DNA of 64,000 nt from Salibaculum sp. GTDB taxonomy: Bacteria; Pseudomonadota; Alphaproteobacteria; Rhodobacterales; Rhodobacteraceae. Where the stretch lies: positions 11,025 to 75,024 of the forward strand of contig NZ_DATFIP010000031.1 of NCBI RefSeq assembly GCF_035270045.1. Reading direction: 5' to 3'. The notes below the pieces were generated by a model that saw nothing but the letters and a program-made list of their open reading frames with translations, was not told the origin of the DNA and made no database searches. Positions 42,289 to 50,913 of this stretch are shown piece by piece; positions within the stretch are counted from its first letter, which is position 1, and each line of letters starts with the position of its first letter. The position numbers and the translations under genes are program-made.

Positions 42289-42370
42289 GCTTGTCCTGGA
42301 TCAAGGTGACGTGCCACTCTGCCGGGCAAAGTCATCACGCGAACGGGACAGCAAGCTGCGGGAGGTTTCG

Positions 42371-42697
42371 ATGCTGAACATCACTGTCGACAAGGTCGCC
42401 GAGGTCATCATCCTCGCGCGGGAACTGGACCGGGCCGAGGCCGAATTCGATGCCTTCGTGAGCGGCTTGACCGAAGAGGAACAGTCCAGTCTTGTCGCGA
42501 TCATGTGGATCGGGCGCGGGTCTTACGAGGCCGAGGAACTGGCCGAGGCGACGCGGCATGCCACGGCCGAGGCCAGCACGCCGACTCAAACCTACCTCAA
42601 GGGGTCGCCGCATCTTGCCGATCACCTGGAAAACGGGCTCGATGCGCTGGGCATATCGGCCAGTGCCGAGGAGGACGCGCTCTATCAGGAGCGATAG
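42371..42697 (+). CDS. DUF3775 domain-containing protein
   Basis: EEQSSLVAIMWIGRGSY and LADHLENGL; SD GGAGG upstream. Confidence 0.8.
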   Translation: MLNITVDKVAEVIILARELDRAEAEFDAFVSGLTEEEQSSLVAIMWIGRGSYEAEELAEATRHATAEASTPTQTYLKGSPHLADHLENGLDALGISASAEEDALYQER

Positions 42698-43707
42698 CCG
42701 CGAAACTTTTCTGCAGCGCGGGACCAGACGCCCTCGTCCAATCGGTCGAGTCTCTTCAGGTGCGGCAAAAGCTGCATGGCGAAATCCTTGGATGACTCTT
42801 CCGGCAGCAGCGAGGGCAGGTTGTCTATGGCCATCACGTCCAGGGGTGGGGTGTCGTGGACGCGCCGGGTGGGAGCCTGCCAACTTGTGACGTGGTCGTA
42901 GACGGGAACCGGATTGAAGGTGCTGTTCGGGTCGCAAGCGATGTCACCGATCACCCTCAACGTCCGGGGCTTGGTCCCCGCATCGCGCGGCACGAAAACA
43001 GGCACGCCGGGCGCGGCAAGGATGCAGTTCAGGAATACGTCGTGCGACAGCACCTCGGGGAAGGGGCCGCCATTGGCGGTTTCGGAGATGTCCCATGCCG
43101 TGACCCGCGCCCCGACGGATGCGCAGAGCGCCGCCGCGCCCTGTCCGACTCGCCCCAGTGCACCGATGATCAGCACGCGCGGCGCGCGGCACGTAAGCAG
43201 GTTCCGCAGGTCTTCGGCCATGACCTCGGCAGAGGTGCAGATATCGACAGGCCCGGTCTGCCCGGCCCAGGCACGGAGCGAAAGCGCTGCTCCGGCATAG
43301 CCCGCCCAGTGGCCGAAGGCCGCAATACGGCGCCCTGTGTCGTCAACGAGATACTCCAGATCCAGAAGTGTGCCGCCCCCGGCGCGGAACCGGTCCAGCA
43401 GGACCTGCCCCTCGGGTTGACCCTTGAAGGCGTGCCCGAACATGATGTGCCGGTGGCGCAGCGGCATGTCGTCCGCGGGCAGTTCCTTGAGGCCGAGGAT
43501 GATCGCGTCCACCGGTGCCTTGGTCCAGGTGCCGGGGCGCGCGATACGACACCCGGCGGCGGCATAGTCGGCGGTAGGGACGATCCGTGTCGGGCTGTCT
43601 TCGACCGTGACGGTCCAGCCCCGCGCGACAAGTGCCGCCGCCCCATCTGGCAACAGCCCGGCGCGACGTTCGTTCGGGCGCGTCTCGGCCCGCATCCAGA
43701 TATGCAT
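42685..43707 (-). CDS. Saccharopine dehydrogenase (NAD+, L-lysine-forming type; AlaDh/PNT fold)
   Basis: W.RAE.R.NERR, LGLKEL, FGHAFKGQ, DLEYLVD..GRR.AAFG, DIACD and IDNLPSLLP. Confidence 0.88.
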   Translation of the reverse strand: MHIWMRAETRPNERRAGLLPDGAAALVARGWTVTVEDSPTRIVPTADYAAAGCRIARPGTWTKAPVDAIILGLKELPADDMPLRHRHIMFGHAFKGQPEGQVLLDRFRAGGGTLLDLEYLVDDTGRRIAAFGHWAGYAGAALSLRAWAGQTGPVDICTSAEVMAEDLRNLLTCRAPRVLIIGALGRVGQGAAALCASVGARVTAWDISETANGGPFPEVLSHDVFLNCILAAPGVPVFVPRDAGTKPRTLRVIGDIACDPNSTFNPVPVYDHVTSWQAPTRRVHDTPPLDVMAIDNLPSLLPEESSKDFAMQLLPHLKRLDRLDEGVWSRAAEKFRGYRS

Positions 43708-43774
43708 GTCATGTCTCCTCGATCAGGCCCGGTTCCGGATACAGCCTGCCACCGCAAAGGCAAGCCTGCAGGCG

Positions 43775-44326
43775 ATACCAGATCAAATGAACGATCGTTC
43801 AAGACTATTGGGCTCTGGCCTGACGCCGACGCGATCTTCTTTCACATGGGCAACGGCGGGCTGGCCTCTTCAGCGAAAAACTGGACATGGTTGCCAGGCT
43901 GGTCGCCGCGCTGCTGGTGATTATTGCGCCTATGTTGATCAGCAAGTACGCCGTGAAAAGTCGCGCCATGCAACCAGCAGGCGGCGTCGTCGGTGGGCGT
44001 CTCGCTCGACTTCTTCCGGGGGCTGGTCTGGCCGTTCGCGGGCTTGGTCGAAGGTGCCGCGGGCCTCATGCGGGAGGCGGTATCGAGCGTGCAGCGCTCG
44101 TTGTCGCTGACAGCGCCCAAAGTCTTGCCGGTGCCGATGCCGGGCGGCTTCACCTCGATCCCCGACGCCATTATGGTGAGGCGGCCGAGGAACTGTCAGA
44201 ATTCCTGATCGGCACGCCCTGCGTGGGTGGGGCGACGAAAACCGGGTCGCCTAAGTGATGGCGCTCATCCTCCTCGTGTTCCGGCCACCCGGCCTGTCCG
44301 GCGAGAAAAACATAGAAAGGGTATAG
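43775..44326 (+). pseudogene. Branched-chain amino acid ABC permease LivH remnant
   Basis: Pieces in different frames: LDMVARLVAALLV; QAASSVGVSLDF...SLTAPKVLPVPMPGGFTSIPDAI (family: ALKALPVLMLGGFTSIPGAI); ELSEFLIGTPCVGGAT; MALILLVFRPPGLSGEKNIERV*. The N-terminal half is deleted. Confidence 0.85.
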
Positions 44327-44331
44327 CTACC

Positions 44332-44592
44332 ATGGCCAAGCTGATCGCGATCCTCAACGTCATCGCCTGGTCGGGCTTCTGGGCTTTCGGCTACCTGGCG
44401 ATCTCTGCCGATCCCGGCAACACCAGCCGCATGGTGATCGCCACCATTCTGGCCTTCGTCGGCGCCGCCGCCGGGGCGCTGACCTATTTCTGGCTCGCTC
44501 GCCACGCCGAAGCGATAGGATATGCGCCGAGGCACCAGCGCAAGCTGCCAAAGAATACCGATCCAGAAGACGAAACCGATGCTCTGCCGTAA
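44332..44592 (+). CDS. Small two-TM membrane protein (86 aa)
   Basis: Intact frame MAKLIAILNVIAWSGFWAFGYLA... with SD AAAGGG upstream; its 3' end overlaps the LivM remnant start. Confidence 0.75.
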   Translation: MAKLIAILNVIAWSGFWAFGYLAISADPGNTSRMVIATILAFVGAAAGALTYFWLARHAEAIGYAPRHQRKLPKNTDPEDETDALP

Positions 44593-45075
44593 GGCGGGTG
44601 ATTTCCAGACCTCCCACCGGACGAACAACCAGTCCTTTCCCGTCCGGTTGTGCCGCCAACGTTACTACCCGGTGCGGGTAGGCAAGTTGTTCGGCCTTCC
44701 AAGCTTGCGGATCAAGGGTGTCAACCTGACGGCGGCGACGCAGGTCTTTCTTGCCCGGCTCTTCGACAGGGGCGCATGGTTCGACAACCACTCGGCCTCG
44801 GGGCAGGTCAACGCTTCTGACCGGGTCGGATTCGGCATTCAGGTCACGGGCGCCGAGACGGCGGGCGGTGGCCAACTATAGGATTTTACTTGTAATCCTG
44901 ACCGGCGCGCGCTGATCGCGCGGACCCTGATGCGCTGGATGCCGAGGCGCCAATGGATGGCCATCCGCCACATGCCCATCGCCGCCGAGATTATCGGCGT
45001 GCCCCCGCTGCAGGCCAAGCTGACTGCCTTCGGCTGATCATCCTGTTTCAATCGGCCGTACCACGCGCAACTCAC
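44579..45075 (+). pseudogene. Branched-chain amino acid ABC permease LivM remnant
   Basis: MLCRKAGDFQTS...RYY fused across a deletion to LFGLPSLRIKG...HSASGQVNA, stop at 44879-44881, then RQWMAIRHMPIAAEIIGV.PLQAKLTAFG*. Confidence 0.85.
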
Positions 45076-45139
45076 CCGCCGCGGCGCGATCCTCGATGCA
45101 TGGACCGCCTTCCAGCCGGGCGAGGTGGCCTGACGCTCG

Positions 45140-45985
45140 TCAGGCGACCTGGGCTCCGGATTTCATCTCGGCGATGCGCGCCAGGGCCTCTGCCCGGGTG
45201 TTGCGGATGTTGGGCCGGAACCCGCCGCTTTCGGCGCGCAGTCGAATGTCGGCTTCGGTTTCGGAGTCGGGTGCATAGCGCACCGACCCGAGCGAGAAGC
45301 GTTCGTTCAGGTCCTTGCCGCGGGCGGCAAACTTCACCCAGGCGGGCGACTGGATACGGGTGTTTTCGTAGTTGATGAGGAAATACCACCGTCCCCCAGC
45401 CCGGCGCAGTGCCTGTTCCAACCAGTCGTAGATGTCGTTGACATCGCGCGAATGTTCGAAGCTGACCCCCGACAGGTCAATGTCGAAGATACGCGTCGTC
45501 TCGTCGAAGGACAATCGCCGCATGAACCGGCCGCGCTCGTGGTTGGGGTGATGGTGGATGCGTTCGCGCCGCCTTGACGGTAGCCTGGACAGATGCGCCA
45601 GCGCTGCCGCGCGGTCTGCAAACAGGTTTGGACTTTCGCGGTCCGTGCCCTTGTCGCGGGCGATGCGAGCCCGGGTTTCGGGCGTGGTGTCATAACGCAG
45701 CGTGCCCATGGAATGGGCCTGGTTCAGATCACGACCCCGGCGGGTGAAGGCGAACCACGCGGACTCGTCCACGCGGTAATCCGTGACGTTGTCGAGAAAG
45801 AACCACAGCGGTTCCCCGGTTTCCTGCAGCCGTTCCTCGATCCGGTCGAACAGCGCGTTCACGTCCTTGGATGTGTGGAAATACAGACCGGAAAGGTCGA
45901 TCTCGACCGTCTGGCGCCCCTCGTGCACCGTGATCCTGGGGTCGATCTCGTCGAGGGAGAAATTTTGCGTATAGGGTCCTGACAT
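45140..45985 (-). CDS. Hypothetical protein made of two tandem ~125-aa domains
   Basis: Repeat 1: EIDLSGLYFHTSKDVNALFD...WFFL...WFAFTRRGRDLN...GTLRY. Repeat 2: DIDLSGVSFEHSRDVNDIYD...WYFL...WVKFAARGKDLN...GSVRY. Start ATG 45985 follows AGAGAG. Confidence 0.85.
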   Translation of the reverse strand: MSGPYTQNFSLDEIDPRITVHEGRQTVEIDLSGLYFHTSKDVNALFDRIEERLQETGEPLWFFLDNVTDYRVDESAWFAFTRRGRDLNQAHSMGTLRYDTTPETRARIARDKGTDRESPNLFADRAAALAHLSRLPSRRRERIHHHPNHERGRFMRRLSFDETTRIFDIDLSGVSFEHSRDVNDIYDWLEQALRRAGGRWYFLINYENTRIQSPAWVKFAARGKDLNERFSLGSVRYAPDSETEADIRLRAESGGFRPNIRNTRAEALARIAEMKSGAQVA

Positions 45986-46053
45986 GCGCCTCTCTCTTGC
46001 GTGCTGTCCGAGACATGCGAAGATGCTCCGGCGAGGCCGATAGCCCAGAACGC

Positions 46054-46074
46054 CCGTGTTATTGAATGACACGG
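46054..46074. promoter_or_regulatory. Near-perfect 21-bp palindrome, candidate operator
   Basis: CCGTGTTATTGAATGACACGG versus reverse complement CCGTGTCATTCAATAACACGG; lies between divergent starts at 45985 and 46097. Confidence 0.5.
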
Positions 46075-46096
46075 ATCAAATCCGCAGGAATGACGC

Positions 46097-46402
46097 ATGA
46101 CCTTCTTTGATGCACTGGAAGCCCGTGATGCGGGTCAGCGGGCCGCCGACATCGCCCGGGGCCCTCTGCGCACCGGGTCATGGCCGACCGCGCGGGCGAC
46201 GCTGACGCGATGCCGGTGCAGGTTGACCCCCCCGGGCGCCGATGCCGACGCCATCGACACCATGGTGCACGATGTTTTGAAACTGAACGGCACGGTCCAG
46301 GTTTGCACCCTTGGCAGCCTGTCGCGTGACAGGCTGGTGGTCGAGGATCACCGCAGCTACGATACCTCAGGAAAGGACACGCCATGCGCCGCCTTCTGCT
46401 GA
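46097..46402 (+). pseudogene. Phenylacetate-CoA ligase (PaaK-like) remnant with large internal deletion
   Basis: N-terminus MTFFDALEARDAGQRAADIA is joined to C-terminus DVLKLNGTVQV...DRLVVEDHRSYD. The adenylation core is absent. Confidence 0.72.
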
Positions 46403-48048
46403 CAACCGCCTTTATCGCCGCGCCGTTTCTGGCGCAGGCCGAGGATGCGTCGCTGATCCTCGGGATCGAACGCTACGAGCGGCTGGACCGGGTGAGCCGG
46501 GCCGACGACATGCTCAACGCGCAGGAGGGGCTTCGGGCATTGGGCTTCGCGGTGCAGGCCCGGGCCAACCCGCGCGGCGGGGTCGCCCATGATCTGGCCG
46601 CCGCCTTTGCAGAGGATGCCGATGCGGCCAAGCGTCTGGTCGTCGCACTTGCGGGGCATTTCGTGACCGATGGGAGCCGCAGCTGGCTACTGACCGCCGA
46701 AGCACAAGAGCCGACGCTGTTCGGCATGGGTGATCAGGCGTTGTCGGTGGATAGCCTGTTGCAGGTGCTGGCCGCACGGCCCGGGCAGGCCATCCTGCTG
46801 CTGGCGCCCGGCGATGCACGTGATCTGGACACGGCCGGGCCGGTGCTGCGTGCCGGGTTTGGCGCGCTGGACATTCCGCAGGGGGTCACGGTGCTGCGTG
46901 GCGATCCCTCCGACATCGCCGACTTCATGGAAACGGATCTTGTCGAACCGGGTGCCGACCTTGCCGCGGCCATCGGGGGCCGCTCGGATTTGGTGGCGCA
47001 CGGCTTCCTAATGCCGGGCTGGTCGCTTATACCGGCAGCGGTCGAGACGTCCCCCGAAGATCCTGCCGATACCCCCGATGACGACCGCCTGACCGCAGAG
47101 GCCGCGGCCTGGGATGCGGCAGAGGCGGACGACAACGTGGAAGGCTACCGTCGTTATATCCGGGCATATCCTGATGGAAGGTTCGTGGACCTTGCCGAAG
47201 AACGGATCAGAGCCATCCTTGACGAACCCAACCGCGATGCCCGGCTGGCCGAAGAGGCGCTGTCGCTTTCGGTCAGTGCGCGCCGGGCGGTGCAGGGTGA
47301 TCTGACCGTGCTTGGCTACAATACCCGCGGCATCGATGGCATCTTCGGGCCGGGCACCCGACAGGCCGTCACCAACTGGCAGCAATCCAACGGGTATCCG
47401 CAGACCAGTTACCTGACCCGGGGCCAGATCAACCGCCTGGACGCCCAGGCCGAGCGCCGCCGCGCCGAGAATGCCGCCGAGGAGGACCGCGCGCGGGCCG
47501 AACGCGAGCGCCTGGACCGGGAATACTGGTCCGAAACCGGCGCGCTGGGCGACGAGGCAGGTTATCGCGCCTACCTGAACCGGTATCCCGAGGGGCTGTT
47601 CGCGGACGTGGCCGGGCGCAGACTGGAGGCCATCGAGGCCGAGCGCGCGGAGGATGCCGAGTTGGCCGACCGTTCGGCCTGGGGCATCGCCGCCGCCGAG
47701 GACACGCTCGCCGCCTACGAGGATTACCTTGCTGCCTGGCCCGACGGCGTCTTTGCCGAGGAGGCCCGCGACCGCATCGCACGGATGGAGGGTCCCTCGG
47801 TCTCGGACGACCAGGTTGCCACGGCCCGCGCGCAGGAAGAACGCCTGCAACTGAGCGGCGTGCGCGCGCAACTGCTGGAACTGCGGCTGCGTGACCTGGG
47901 CCTTTCGCCGGGTCCGCTGGACGGTGTCATCGACGAACGCACCCGTCGGGCCCTGCGCAGCTACCAGGAGGGACAGGGCATCCCACCCACGGGTTATGTC
48001 GACCAGGCAACGCTGGTGCGCCTCATGGCCGGGGTCACGGGGCGCTAA
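46384..48048 (+). CDS. Secreted peptidoglycan-binding protein with caspase-like N-terminal domain
   Basis: Signal peptide; LILG..RY and LAGH caspase-like segment; repeated YRRYIRAYP.GRF units; PG-binding domains (IDGIFGPGTRQAV..WQ; LDGVIDERTRRALRSYQ). Confidence 0.8.
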   Translation: MRRLLLTTAFIAAPFLAQAEDASLILGIERYERLDRVSRADDMLNAQEGLRALGFAVQARANPRGGVAHDLAAAFAEDADAAKRLVVALAGHFVTDGSRSWLLTAEAQEPTLFGMGDQALSVDSLLQVLAARPGQAILLLAPGDARDLDTAGPVLRAGFGALDIPQGVTVLRGDPSDIADFMETDLVEPGADLAAAIGGRSDLVAHGFLMPGWSLIPAAVETSPEDPADTPDDDRLTAEAAAWDAAEADDNVEGYRRYIRAYPDGRFVDLAEERIRAILDEPNRDARLAEEALSLSVSARRAVQGDLTVLGYNTRGIDGIFGPGTRQAVTNWQQSNGYPQTSYLTRGQINRLDAQAERRRAENAAEEDRARAERERLDREYWSETGALGDEAGYRAYLNRYPEGLFADVAGRRLEAIEAERAEDAELADRSAWGIAAAEDTLAAYEDYLAAWPDGVFAEEARDRIARMEGPSVSDDQVATARAQEERLQLSGVRAQLLELRLRDLGLSPGPLDGVIDERTRRALRSYQEGQGIPPTGYVDQATLVRLMAGVTGR

Positions 48049-48065
48049 GGCGCGCTGTCCCGGCC

Positions 48066-49271
48066 CTATTCGGGCCGGGCCGGGACGTAGCGTTCAAACA
48101 GCAACCGGATGACGCCCTGCATGCTGTCGTCAAGCTGGCGCACGGCAACAAGGTAGGTGCCCGGCTGCACCCTAGTGGCCAGCATGGAATCGAGCGAGCC
48201 CCCCGAATCGTCGTTGTGCCCAACCTGCCGGCCCAGATCGTCGAAGAGGGTCAAGACAGGGTCGCCCTGGCCCTGGGCAATCGCCTCGATCAGCAGCAGC
48301 CCGCTCTCGGGGATGTCCAAGGCATACCAGGCAGCCTCCTCATCCACGTTGGCATCCGTGCGCTGGCGGGTCTGCACCGGCCCCAGATCGGTCACCGGGT
48401 AGGAGCCGTCCAGCGGCGGGGCGGCTTCGGCGCGGGAATAGAGGGACCGCATGACTTCTTCGGGATCATATTCGCTGACGGTGGTCACGATGGGCAAGGT
48501 GGTGTCCCCCAGCGCGTCCAGCGCAAGGCAGTATTGCCCGGCGGGCAGCGGTTCTGCCATGTCGATCCGGCTGTTCAGACCATCGAAATCATCGTTCTCG
48601 GCAAGCCAGTCGCCCCGCGCGTCATAGAGGGTCAGAACCGGGTCGGCGTTCTGGTTCTCGGCCGTCAGGGACAGCGCGGTGGGCTGATCCAGCGTCAAGC
48701 TGTAGTAGGGTGTGGTTTCGACCGGGGCCGAAAGTGGCGCGCCCAGAGTGATCGGAGCGGCTGCTGCAAGATCGCAGCTGGCGCGCGGGGCGACGGGTGT
48801 GGGGCCCAGCCCCTCGGTCAGGGGCGGGTGTTCGGGCCGTCCGACCCTGACAAAGCCGGTCAGTGGCGAACCGTCGAAGCTGCGCAGCGCGACGCAATAT
48901 GTGCCGGGAACGAGGGCGAGTTCGGCACGGCTATCGCTATTGCCGCCCGAATCGTCGTCCGAGGCCACGGTGATGCCCGACCCGTCGTAGAGGTCGAAGA
49001 CGGTGTCCCCCGTCCCGCGAGAGGCGGCCTCGATGCGGACCGTGCCCGGGTCAGACACCGAGAAGAGCGCGATGTATTCGTCGCGAAGCAGCACCAGTGC
49101 CATTTGCTCCAGGTAGTTCGGTGCGCGAGAGATATCCGATCCCGCGGCATCGCCGCCGATCCATTGCCCGTTTTCCCCGATCCCGCCGCAAAGATCGGCT
49201 TGCTGGGCGATGGCGCCTGTGGCCGACAGGCCGAGCGCCCCGGCGGCAAGACTGAGCGTGAAACGGGACAT
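48066..49271 (-). CDS. Secreted protein with three PPC-like (pre-peptidase C-terminal) repeats
   Basis: Signal peptide; three D(T/P)V(F/L).L(Y/F)D..G....(S/E/H)(D/N)DD units. Confidence 0.72.
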   Translation of the reverse strand: MSRFTLSLAAGALGLSATGAIAQQADLCGGIGENGQWIGGDAAGSDISRAPNYLEQMALVLLRDEYIALFSVSDPGTVRIEAASRGTGDTVFDLYDGSGITVASDDDSGGNSDSRAELALVPGTYCVALRSFDGSPLTGFVRVGRPEHPPLTEGLGPTPVAPRASCDLAAAAPITLGAPLSAPVETTPYYSLTLDQPTALSLTAENQNADPVLTLYDARGDWLAENDDFDGLNSRIDMAEPLPAGQYCLALDALGDTTLPIVTTVSEYDPEEVMRSLYSRAEAAPPLDGSYPVTDLGPVQTRQRTDANVDEEAAWYALDIPESGLLLIEAIAQGQGDPVLTLFDDLGRQVGHNDDSGGSLDSMLATRVQPGTYLVAVRQLDDSMQGVIRLLFERYVPARPE

Positions 49272-49569
49272 GGCCTGATCCTCTTGCAGGTTTGGAAGTT
49301 GCTGCCAGCCTAGTCCGGGTCCCTTCGACAGGACTAGGGGAAACCGGCCATATCTTCAGTGTGACCGCCTGAAATTGTCCGGCGGGCAGGGCAAATGCAT
49401 GGTCCAGCCGGCACGGACCATTGCGCCAGCCCGGGGAGGGGTCCAGTGGCTCCGGCGCTGCGCGCGTTTCGGTTGGGGGATGGGGGGTGTCTTGCGGGTC
49501 ACGCCGCCCGTGTTTCCGGTTCGGCATGACGAATTGAAGACAGCACTCCGAGACGCATGGCCACGAAGT

Positions 49570-49599
49570 AAAAGGCCGCGTCCCGGGGGCGCGGCCTTG
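49570..49599 (-). terminator. Rho-independent terminator of rpmJ
   Basis: Minus strand AAGGCCGCG-CCCCCGGGA-CGCGGCCTT-TT. Confidence 0.7.
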
Positions 49600-49620
49600 T
49601 ATATCCAATTGTGGTCGGAT

Positions 49621-49746
49621 TCAGCCTTGGCGGGCCTTGAACCGACGCTGGGTCTTGTTGATGACGTAGACCCGGCCCTTGCGGCGCACGACGCGGCAAT
49701 CGCGATGACGCTGCTTGAGCGAGCGGAGGGAATTGCGAACCTTCAT
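49621..49746 (-). CDS. rpmJ: 50S ribosomal protein L36 (zinc-free type)
   Basis: Below the ORF-track cutoff. Translates to [41 protein letters not shown]; SD AAGGA upstream. Confidence 0.97.
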   Translation of the reverse strand: MKVRNSLRSLKQRHRDCRVVRRKGRVYVINKTQRRFKARQG

Positions 49747-49822
49747 GGCGCTTAATCCTTCTGTCGCGGCGCGGCGATGCGCCTTGGGTTGCATTCTGCG
49801 CCCGATCGGGCGCGGTGATCCA

Positions 49823-49897
49823 TGGTGGGCGATACTAGGTTCGAACTAGTGACCCCTTCGATGTCAACGAAGTGCTCTACCGCTGAGCTAATCGCCC
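49823..49897 (-). tRNA. tRNA-Val (GAC)
   Basis: Minus strand GGGCGATTAGCTCAGCGGTAGAGCACTTCGTTGACATCGAAGGGGTCACTAGTTCGAACCTAGTATCGCCCACCA: D-loop, anticodon GAC, TTC loop and encoded CCA. Confidence 0.97.
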
Positions 49898-50039
49898 TTG
49901 CCGTCAGCCATTCGCATGTCCCGTAACAAAACAGGACGCGGGCGAACCGCGTCGGGTAGCGCGGTCTATATAAAGAGTCGGAACGGGGATCAAGGGCTTT
50001 TGGCAAATCGCGGAAACAGGTTAGACTGATGGTTCAGGA

Positions 50040-50909
50040 GTGCACATGACCGACCAAGCCTTCACCCTTTCGCGGCCCCGTCCGCGCAGCACAGCGACCG
50101 TATTTGCCTCGCCCCACAGTGGGCGAGACTACCCGGTGGCCTTCATGCGCGCGACCTCTCTGAATGAAGCGCAGGTGCGCTCTTCCGAGGATGCTTTTGT
50201 CGATGATCTCTTTGCGGCGGCGGTGGATCACGGCGCGCCGCTGCTTGCCGCGCGTGCGCCGCGGGCCTTCCTGGATCTCAACCGCGGTGCCGACGAGTTG
50301 GATCCGGCGGTGATCAGCGGTCTGGGGCGCGGGGCGCATAACCCGCGCATCGCTTCGGGGCTGGGGGTGATCCCGCGCGTCGTGTCCAACGGGCGTCCGA
50401 TTTATCGCGGCAAGATAGGCCTGGCCGAGGCGCATGGCCGAATCCGTGACCACTGGCGCCCCTACCATGACCAGTTGCAGGCGCTGATGGATGAATCCCT
50501 CAATGCCTTCGGCGAGGCGATCCTGATCGATTGCCATTCCATGCCGCACGAGGCGTTGGAAAGCACCGGACCCCTTGGCGGCGCGCGACCCGACGTTGTG
50601 TTGGGCGATCGTTTCGGTGCATCGGCCGCGCCCGAGGTGGTGGATCGGGTCGAAGCGGCCTTTGCCCAGGCCGGGTTCAGGGTGGCGCGCAACATGCCCT
50701 TTGCCGGGGCCTATATCTGCCAGCACTATGGCCGGCCTGCGCGGCAGCGCCACGCGGTGCAGATCGAGATCGACCGCGCGCTCTACATGGACGAGGCGAC
50801 GATCCGGGCCAGTGCCGATTACGACGCGGTCAAGTCGGCCCTCAACGTGGTCATTGGACAGTTGGCAGATATCGGGCGGTCGCCGGAGATGCCGATGGCG
50901 GCGGAATAG
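50040..50909 (+). CDS. N-formylglutamate amidohydrolase
   Basis: SPHSGRDYP, EDAFVD, DLNR, IDCHSMP, VVLGDRFG, PFAG and QIEIDRALY. Confidence 0.92.
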   Translation: MHMTDQAFTLSRPRPRSTATVFASPHSGRDYPVAFMRATSLNEAQVRSSEDAFVDDLFAAAVDHGAPLLAARAPRAFLDLNRGADELDPAVISGLGRGAHNPRIASGLGVIPRVVSNGRPIYRGKIGLAEAHGRIRDHWRPYHDQLQALMDESLNAFGEAILIDCHSMPHEALESTGPLGGARPDVVLGDRFGASAAPEVVDRVEAAFAQAGFRVARNMPFAGAYICQHYGRPARQRHAVQIEIDRALYMDEATIRASADYDAVKSALNVVIGQLADIGRSPEMPMAAE

Positions 50910-50913
50910 CAGG

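Noticed and set aside
49621-49746. Zinc-free L36 as a zinc-starvation paralogue
   Set aside because: This form is the usual sole L36 in Alphaproteobacteria, and I saw no Zur-like box upstream.
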